From Octopus vulgaris (taxonomy: Eukaryota): a stretch of 64,000 nt of DNA. The translations under genes and the position numbers were made by a program. The stretch covers positions 72,726,001 to 72,790,000 of the forward strand of contig OX597819.1 of assembly GCA_951406725.2 (NCBI GenBank), read 5' to 3'. This document shows, in pieces, positions 54,801 to 64,000 of the stretch. The notes beneath the pieces were generated by a model that saw nothing but the letters and a program-made list of their open reading frames with translations, did not search any database and was not told the DNA's origin. The first letter of the stretch is position 1; each line of letters opens with the position of its first letter.

Positions 54801-57307
54801 AACCTGTATTGGTGTCTTTACATCCTTGTAACTTAGTGGTTCAGCAAAGAGACCAAATATTATTCAAGGCGGTGCCCCAGCATGGCTGAAGTCTAATGAC
54901 TGAAACAAGTAATATGTATAATTATATATGATGATGATGATGATGATATGTGTACATATTATTCCTCCTCCCATTTTAAAATATAAAACAAACTGTATCA
55001 CAGTACAACCATAACACTATTAGAAGACTTTAAAAGATAAAATTGCATCTTTATTAGCAACAGTACAATTATTTTTACAAATATTTAGATTCTGATTTCA
55101 AAGAACTGAGCTTTTACAGACTTTCAATATCATTTTTCTATTGTGTAATTTTCTCTAATCCTTATATTGTTGTTTAGTGGGTTGCAGGAAAAACTAATAA
55201 CGTAGACCATAGGAAGTAGCATCTACTTGAGGTTGTATTTTACTTGTATGAAAGAGAGAGGAAGAGAGATCATATATTTTAGCTTAGCATAATAGACTAA
55301 GATGAAAATACTGAGATTGGTTAATGCAACTCCAAAGCTTACTGGGCTGGTAACAGACTTAGAAATAAATTAGATTATGTAACCATCACATTGTCCAAGA
55401 ACGCTTTATCAAACATAAAACTGTAACCACTACTTGCTAATGTTCAAATTTCGATACAATGATATTAGTGCTTTCAATGGAACAACTTGGTCGCATATAT
55501 GCTAATCTATTGTTAATATTTCATTAAAACTATTTTTAGACTAAAATTTGGCCACAAATACAAAATACATAGAAAACATGAAAAATGTCCAAAGTCCACT
55601 CCATTCAATACTCATTTTTTATTTCTCTCTCACACACACACATCATCATATTTCTAGTGTTCACTTTCTAGTGCTCACATGGGTTGGATGGAGTTTACTG
55701 AGGGAGATTTCCTACAGTTGGATGCTCCTCTTGTCGCCAATCCTCACCTGTTTCCTCGTAAGGTAATATTTCCCCAAAGCCAGACATATTTTCAAGGCTG
55801 GAAATGGGGGACACTGCTTGTATGACAGTGATGCTCATTTACAACTAACACATGATGTTAAGACAAGAAAACAGTAACACACACACACACTCACACACAT
55901 GTTGGTTTATGCTGGCTGAATGAAAAAGGAATGTTCAATAAATATTGCAGAGGATGTTGTTCTTAGCTGAAACTAAGTCTTGTCACTCAAGTTCCCTGCT
56001 ATTGCAATCCCACCTAAGGTTTGCAGTGACCAACATAATACTCAGATTACAAGACAAATCCTTAGTTTCAGTTTCAATAATATCTACATTGCAGGTTCTT
56101 TCGGTTACCATCTACCAAATACACTCACAAGACTTTGGCCAGCCCAGAGTTATAGCAGAAGATGCTTGCCCAAGGTACCATGCAATGGGACTGAACTTGA
56201 AACCATCCAGTTGTAAAACAAGCTTCTTCACTCCCCAGCAACAGCTACACACACACACACCCACCCTATATTTATTACTCATACTTAGTATATAAATATT
56301 CTTTGATCAGCCCAAGCTTGATGCTAAAAACCATTTCAAACACTGTATCGAGATTTTCAGAAAACCCATCAAGGATCAAGTTGACCTACAGCAAATAATA
56401 CATTCTGATATTACCAATAAAAAAACATTTAGTATTTGTACAGCATTATCAACTAATAAATTATACAACCACACACATAACAATACTGTGGAGCGTTCAT
56501 GTAGAAACAGAAGAGATGCTTAAATCTACTGGTTCAAAGGACAACCTTTCCAGTCGGCTGCTGACATTGTGCCCTTAACCCTTTTTGATAACAGAATTAC
56601 CTGGGGACTGACGTGGGGGAGGGGAGACATACCCAGAAATGTAATAAAGAGATTTGCTTGTTTTGGGGGGAAATACAGTGGAAGAATTTGTTACGCCAAT
56701 AACATGTACTAAAACTCCAGTTGTCTAGTCATACATAGCCAGTAGTGAAATGTATAGTTGTTGGAGAGAAAACAGTGATGTAATAAGAAACAACATAGTT
56801 GGCAGTGGTGGTGGTGGGGGGACAATATTGAGGAAGAGGAGGAGATTTTTCTTTTTAGTTTCTTTGTTTTCAAAGTTGTTCAGAGCAGGCATTCTGGTAA
56901 GCTGTGCTTAAATTCTTGGAAAGTTTATACACTGAGCATTAAGAAAGGGTAGGAGATGGATGAAGGATATAAAAGACAGTAACTACAAAAATATTGAGAA
57001 AGTCTTTTGTTTATGAAATGGATTTGTTATTAGAAAAATGAAGTTTGAAACAAAAACTTTGGGCATTATTTCTGTTGTACTGTTGTTCCTTTGAAACAGT
57101 GCAATAGGAAGAAAGTAACCTGAAACTTAAGCCCTACAATGCAAGAACACACACACACATACACAGAGTTAAACTGTCACTAGAAGAATAGAAATAAAGA
57201 CATTTTTATTCTGACAAAGAAATATGCACTGAAGCATGCTTCAACATGGATGCAAATATAAATTTAGAACAAAATAACCAGTACAAATATGTTCCATAGG
57301 GAAAATC

Positions 57308-57746
57308 TTTTTGATGCCAATCCATTTGTGACCATCCCTCAATCTACAAAACAAACTTCCTGTTTTAAACTGATCTTAACTAAAACCTTCCATGAAAATT
57401 CCATGTTAATCATTTCACATTCAAATTACTCTGCCAAAAGTAATACTTATTTATTCACATTATTTTGAATTAATCATAGATTATCTGATAGCTTTGCGAT
57501 TTCATTGATGTGATTGCATGTTTTTAGAATGATAGTGTAAGGTGGGCAGGAGAGGCCAGATCTCACCAGTTTGAGCTTAAAACAATATTTAGTTAGTTTA
57601 AAAGCTCAATGCTTAATTTATGTTCCAAACATCAGTTTAATAATGATAAAGTTATCTTCCCAAAGTCTTAATTATTTTCAAAAATTAATTGAAAACAGGC
57701 ATATTTTAAAACCCTATTTCTGCTGAAATACAACAGAAATATGGTT
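57308..57746. mobile_element. Degenerate family 1 MITE with a nested inverted family 2 MITE (about 57420-57615)
   Basis: Homology to 43585-43815 is interrupted by the reverse complement of 45782-45980. Confidence 0.6.
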
Positions 57747-58057
57747 TTAAAAAAAATTTTTAAAGATAAATCTGTGTACAAAATTATGACTAGGTCTGCT
57801 ATAAAAGATATTTTACAATACCATATCTGGTTTATCAGCAGAAACTGGAAGTGGTAATTTTGATTGAAATCAAAATATCACCTGCCCTACTCCCTGCTTC
57901 ACATTACTAAATATATTTAAAATATATAATCAATACCCGAATATTTCCCAGAAATAATATAAAGTTTCTATTCACAAACTTTAAATTAAAAGTATGTTGT
58001 CTTTACATTCTCCTAGTTCAGCTTTATTTACACCATCATGTATATTAAGTTTTAAAT

Positions 58058-58411
58058 ACGCACATAAAAAGCACCATTCAAGTGTGATTATTGCCTGCAT
58101 TGCCTTACTGGCACATGAAAAACAACATTCGAGCTTGGTCGTTGCCAGTGCTGCCAGACTGGCTCCCATGCAGGTATCACGTAAAAAAACACCTTTTGAG
58201 TGTGGTCGTTGCCAGAACCTCGTGCTGGTGGCACACAAAAGAACCCGCTACACTCTCAGAGTGGTTGGTGTTAGGAAGGGCATCCAGCTGTAGAATCTTT
58301 GCCAGATCAGATTGAGCCTGGTGCAGCCTTCTGGCTCACCAGTCCTCAGTCAAACCGTCCGACCCATGCCAGCATGGAAAGCTGATGTTAAACGACGACG
58401 ATGATGATGAT
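58058..58411 (+). mobile_element. RTE 3'-UTR copy with four internal units
   Basis: Four GCAC-TAAAAA-CACC-type units, then the conserved tail ending AACGACGACGATGATGAT. Confidence 0.8.
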
Positions 58412-58929
58412 TTTATTATTAAGTTGTCAATGAAAGGCAAAATTAGTAAAATAACTTCTTACTCAAAACACAGAAAAATAAAGCTGGATTAAGTTGGACT
58501 AGAACCTGTTCATCTTATAAGATTCACTACTTTATGTACTAAATATTAATGTGTCTCACCCATCTCTTTAGCCATCACCAGTTCTAATGTGTGTGCACAT
58601 CAAAGTTAATTTAGCTGTCACCACACTTTCACAATGTCTGAATTAATGGAAATTTATCTAGCTGTTACTTTCACTATATTTCATGGAAACATCCAGTCTA
58701 CTCAAGTTGAAAACTGAACAGGAATGTACATAAGTTTAACTATCCGTATATAAATTGAACATGTGCGTGCATGCATACGCACACATATACACATACATAT
58801 CGGTAAGTATATTTTTTTGTTTTTATTAAACGATAAAGAGGATTATATTATATTCAATGAATTCTTTTCAAAGCAATTTACTATAAAACTGAATATTTAT
58901 CACCTGTGAATTTTCCACAGGTAGATACT

Positions 58930-58963
<34 letters not shown>

Positions 58964-59049
58964 TTCACATTGAAAAAGAGTCACAAAAGAAAACCTTGTA
59001 ACACACACAGGCACAAATACACTATAATACATAATGTTTTTAGTTAAAG

Positions 59050-59307
59050 CAGCAATTCTCAAAACCCTTTTTTGCCCATGGACCCCTTTGTTTCTTATTC
59101 TACTCTACTGGACCCTCATAGCCATTTGATATTTAAATAAAATCCTATTATATTTTTAGAATTAAATATTAATAGGAATTGTATTTTAAAAAAATTGTTA
59201 GAATATGGTTAAAATAACATAGCCAATTTATGTCACATAAATTTCAACAACAAAATTGCATCTGGACTCCCAAGAGTCTTTATGGATCCTGATTGAGGAC
59301 TACTGTG
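59050..59307. mobile_element. hAT MITE
   Basis: CAGCAATTCTCAA...TTGAGGACTACTG termini with a degenerate 8-bp TSD AGTTAAAG/TGTTAAGG. Confidence 0.7.
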
Positions 59308-59345
59308 TTAAGGTATAAAATGACAATGTTTAAGAATAATAATAA

Positions 59346-59960
59346 TACTCTTTTCTACTATAGGCACAATGCCTGAATTTTGTGGGGAGGGAGACAATCG
59401 ATCACAACAACCCTAGTACTCAACTGGTACTTAATTTATCGACCCTGAAAGGATGAAAGACAAAGTCGACCTCAGAATGTAAAGATGGACGAAATACTGC
59501 TAAGCATTTCGCCCAATGTGCTAACAATTCTGCCAGCTTGCTGCCAATGATGATAATCCTTTCTACTGGGAGCACAAGGCCTCAAATTTGGGAGAAGGGG
59601 TTAAGTTGATTACACCGACCCCAGTACGTAACTAGTACTTATTTAATTGACCCTGAAAGGATGAAAGGCAAAGTCGACCTCAGTGGAATTTGAACTCAGA
59701 ACGTAGCAGCAGACGAAATACCACAAAGCATTTCGCCCGGCATGCTAACAATTCTGCCAGCTTGCTGCCTTAATAATAATAGTAATAGAGGTGGGTTAAT
59801 GAATACCATTGCTACCAGTACTTGAATGGTACTCTATTTCATCAACCCCAGAGATGAATGGCAAAGTTGACCTCAGCAGGATTTGAACTCAGAATGTAAA
59901 AGAGCCAGAAGAAATGCATCTAAGCATTCATTCCAATGTACTAACAATTCTGCCAAAATT
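59346..59960 (-). mobile_element. Three tandem family A SINEs in (TAA)n
   Basis: The family A core is repeated, with TAA/TGA triplet runs between copies. Confidence 0.8.
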
Positions 59961-60283
59961 CACTAATAATTTCAGAAAGAGCTAGTCAAGAAGATAATGT
60001 GTGTTTCTTTAAATTATCTATCTACACATTCAGTTTTGTTCACAGGTAGGGTGTACAATCTACAGGTTTTCTTTTTCGTCAGCATCTACTGGCTTGTATG
60101 TAGTTGGCAATTGAAATATTTAGAACATTGGCATTCATAGCGAAAAAATATATATATATATTAAAAAAAAAAACGGTAGGAGAATTATTTTAGAGACTAA
60201 ATATGAATGAAGATGAGCATATAGCTATTTCAACTGTTTCTAAACAACATAGGATTAGAATATTAGAAATCAGCTAACCCCAA

Positions 60284-60452
60284 CCGTATTTACTTGAATA
60301 TTAGTTGCATATTTTGTATTTGTTTTTACTGAAAAAATTGGGGTGCAACTTTATACATGGAGCAAAGCTAAAACTATGATGGAAAAAAAAAAGAATTTGT
60401 ACCAAGATATAGCACTAAATGAGGGGTGCAACTTATACACAAGCAAATATGG
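60284..60452. mobile_element. pogo/Tigger-like MITE, degenerate
   Basis: Imperfect TIRs CCGTATTTACTTG / CAAGCAAATATGG and internal GGGTGCAACTT(T)ATAC repeats. Confidence 0.6.
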
Positions 60453-61383
60453 CTTACACATGCACACATCCATTCATGTAGACCTCCACTCCACTCATAT
60501 GCATATATTCTAAAAATTTGATGGAACAGAAATTATTGCAGGTTTTAGCCAGTCAGATGAAATTATAAAGCACAATCCAGGAGACAAGTGTCTGCGAGAA
60601 TTCAAATGGTAACCCAAATTACAATTTCAAACTAAGAGGAAAAGAATTAATGTTTTTGTTACCAAACTCCTGTTGAAATAAACTGCCTTTGTTTCAAATA
60701 ATTTGGAAAATAAAGAATTTAGGAAAAAAATTAAAAATATTTTACATTATTTTACAAACAATTAATAATTTTTATTATCAATTGTTTACAAAATAACATG
60801 AAATTTTAGTGGAATGTTTTAATTTAGATCACAAAGTTTGTACCATTGAACCAGGGTTGGCCTAAAGCAGGTTGGTATTAAAAGGGTCAGAGGAACAATA
60901 GAAGCAGCCAAAATTGGTGAAAAGTCACCAATGTCAACAAAAACAGTCATGAGGGAAAACAAACTTAAAATAAAAATGTTTTTTGTTGTTTCTCTAATAA
61001 TGAGATAAATTCCATTTAGTTAAGGTGTGAAGATCCTTAATGCTGAGGATCATATATATATATAAATGAGCAGTTAACAGTATAATGCTAATTTAAGTAT
61101 TATGTTTTGTCTTAAACACTAGCTGCAATTAAACTTGCCTTCATTTGTTTATAGTTCACTGGCTTATTGATTATTAACTTAAAGTTGAATACACCCAAAA
61201 ATAACATAAAAGATTTTGCAAAAATTGTTGCAAGGTCAAAACAAGAGACCACATTTCCTGCAAAAATTTATCAAACTTTCATAATGCAGAAACTACAATA
61301 TAAAAAATATCATAATATGTACATTTGGTATTAAGTATAAAGTGAATCTTCACCAGATTAATGCATTAAGGTTTATATATTAT

Positions 61384-61420
<37 letters not shown>

Positions 61421-61569
61421 CTTTTATATGTATATTTTTAAAAGGTTGAATGCAAGTTCGTCCTTCTTACTGGAGTAATTTCAAAAGATGTCTAATGCTG
61501 TTTCTTCATACATTACTTTCGAATTTACTAGTGTAAATTAGGGTAGATAGGAAAACTTATATATATATA

Positions 61570-61915
61570 ACTGAGTGGTTAAGAAGCCTGCTTCCAAACC
61601 ATTTCATCCTGGGTCTAGTCCCACTGTACAGTACCTTGAGCAGGTGTCCTCAGCTATAGACCTGGATCGACCAAAAGCCCTGTGAGTGGATTTGGTTGAC
61701 AGAAACTGAAAGAAAACATGTGCGTGTGTGCATGTGGGTGTCTTCTTGTTGCAGTGTTAAAAAGTAGTGTCCTTCATTTCCAATCTGCCATGAAAACATA
61801 TCCAGCTTTGGGGAAATATTATTTTACTTGGAAACGGGTGACAGATGGTGACAAGAAGGGCATCCAGCAGCAGAAATGTTTCTGACCAAAGCCAGCATGG
61901 AAAAGCAGACATTAA
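61570..61915 (+). mobile_element. Family E SINE (CORE-type head plus RTE-type tail)
   Basis: GTGGTTAAGAAGCC..AGTCCCACTG..ACCTTGAGCAGGT head and AAGGGCATCCAGC..CAGCATGGAAAAGCAGACATTAA tail. Confidence 0.7.
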
Positions 61916-62643
61916 AAACAACACACACACACACATTTGCAAAATTAAAGTGTTTAGTTGCCAGTGTCTACTGGTTTAAGCTGAACATATTTGAGGCACA
62001 ATATAAAAAAAAAATTAAATTAATGCATATGCTACTGATCTGTGGCATATTTTAATATATGCATAAAAACTATGTCCAAACGTAACTTCCTTTAGCAACT
62101 AGCGATTTTATGAATGAATTGCAGTTTTCTTTCCTTGGTGGTTTGCATATCAAAAATAGCTTCTCTTAAAACGGTATTTGATACACATACATGCATTTAT
62201 GATTAAATAGCATGATTAGGAATTTTATAAACATACTGAATATTGTATGCGGGGGGGGGGGCATGCACACACACACACACTCACTCACATGTGGATGAAT
62301 GTATACACATACACACATTTACTCTTTCTTTACTGCGAGGTGACTCTTACTGTTTTGTTCTAAGGGAATTCCCCTGGAATGCAACAAAACACTCACCAAT
62401 CATTAAATATATTAATATACCTTCTTCTGCTTGATGTAACCCCCCCACCACCACCACCATTTTATTGCTTTTTCTTTCCGTTTCAAATGCAATCGCCAAA
62501 TACAAATTGTGTGTATACACATCTTCACATGAGTGCATGTGTATACCAATATACTCCAGAATATATTGGTATCTCTAAACATTCTATCAAATATCTATAT
62601 TTTATCCGTATAATTTTCACCTATAAAAGAGATAAGTCTTAAA

Positions 62644-62684
62644 CTTAATGTCTATCCTTATCAAGGACAAGGATAGACATTAAG
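62644..62684. repeat. Short hairpin (19-bp arms, one mismatch, 3-nt loop)
   Basis: CTTAATGTCTATCCTTATC-AAG-GACAAGGATAGACATTAAG. Confidence 0.9.
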
Positions 62685-63189
62685 CTATTTTTAACCTGGA
62701 GCCGTTGAAATAAAAAGAAAAAGCCAGTCTCTTGTTCATTCATTTAAATATATTAAGACTAGGGTGTCTTTTTTTTTTTTTTTTTTTTTTTTTTCAAAAA
62801 CGGTGAAACTAAGAGTGTGTGTTTAAAGATTAGAAATAATTTTATTCTACAGATGCTAAGACTAATTTCAAATCATGTAATTAATATCAATTGTGTGATT
62901 TCTTGTGGAAGATCTTGATAAACACCAATAAAAAGGTAAGTAGGAGAGTTTTATAACAAACCTAGACAACTGCTCTTAACTAGTGGAGTTTATCAACTTA
63001 ACATTAAAAATCTTAAGTGCTCGTCCTCACTTTAGCAATGTAAACCCAGATAAGTTAATATCACAAGCCTCATGATTACATAGGTTTACCAAACTTTACA
63101 AGTAAAACCAGGAATCTGCGTACTAATATACAGTATCTGATTATTAGAAATAATTACTACTAATTAATAATAATAAGGGAAGTTTGCCA

Positions 63190-63548
63190 AATACCCTTGT
63201 TAAACCGATCAACTTGTTGCATAATGTTTATTCGTTTTAAAGGAGTTCCCTTCAATGTCTGCGAGATACGATGCAGCCCGCCAGTCTGGCTGGAGGCCGT
63301 GGATGTTGTTGGAAGAATATTACATTACATTGAGATTTGCAGACGTTTCTTTTCTCAGTTCTAGACTATCAGAAATTCAACTTACTCAGACCCAACAACC
63401 ACTTCAATTTCCGTCCTTATACTCTGAGTAATAACATCTGTAATCAAATCACCAGTTAGTTCAAATGTTTGGAATAATTTCTCGAATGCATCGTACAGAA
63501 TGCGTGAAAAAACATCATAACTATTAGTGCGACCAATCGGTTCTTTTT

Positions 63549-63597
<49 letters not shown>

Positions 63598-63950
63598 TGT
63601 GACTGAGCTCTCATAAAATATAAAAACCAGTGAGGCAACTAAGGAGTTTAAAGAAGACATCCATCACCGATTAATCTTCGGATTAATTAAAAATATAAAT
63701 AAATAAATACAATGATCGGTATTCACTTCAAATGAAATAAATGGGTTATATGTTGACATTGAAATAAGCATTGGTAAAGTATTCAATTTCATGTTTCAAT
63801 CAGTTAATTGAAAAATAATAAAACGACGTCCAAACACTGATTTATATTTACAACAAATAAATCGAGATATTGACCGAATTTCTCACAGTAATTCTCTCAC
63901 CATAAAAATTAGATGTTTCATTTTATATTCAAAACCGATTCTCATTGAAA
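63190..63950. promoter_or_regulatory. CpG-retaining unique region, possible promoter or first-exon zone
   Basis: CG dinucleotides are visibly frequent in non-repeat DNA compared with the rest of the window. A strong minus-strand donor TGA|GTAAGT lies at about 63385. Confidence 0.35.
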
Positions 63951-64000
63951 AAAGAGAAAAATAGATTTACAGAATGAATAATTAGATAATTCAATGAAAA

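Noticed and set aside
58058-58250. Repeat-spacer pattern reminiscent of a CRISPR array
   Set aside because: The sequence is eukaryotic, the spacers are homologous to each other, the pattern belongs to the RTE 3' UTR, and there are no cas genes.
63382-63660. 92-aa minus-strand ORF
   Set aside because: It runs through a (TA)n microsatellite and shows no recognisable domain; kept only as a possible non-coding exon.

Overview
AT-rich eukaryotic DNA. The repeat families (CORE- and Meta-type tRNA SINEs, RTE LINE with (GAT)n tails, TTAA and hAT MITEs) point to a coleoid cephalopod, probably Octopus; this is inferred from the repeats only. Only one convincing host coding exon is present (minus strand, 2150-2707, phase 1-1). 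Its flanking motifs fit the linker of an ataxin-7-family protein, so most of the window is probably one very large intron. The rest is a dense, often nested collection of mobile DNA. It includes a 5'-truncated RTE LINE with a PHD-type zinc finger after the RT core, fragments of Dong/R4, L1/Tx1 and a second RTE family, an internally deleted piggyBac, piggyBac, hAT and pogo MITEs, a Helentron-associated HINE and many SINEs. There is also a 2.2-kb (GACC)n array and a 606-bp foldback palindrome. The most unusual item is a two-copy short element joining a tRNA-like Pol III head to a Penelope-type minimal hammerhead ribozyme (20713-21012 and about 38613-38803), a candidate ribozyme-bearing SINE or retrozyme. 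All calls were made by eye with no database searches. Coordinates of degenerate repeats are approximate.
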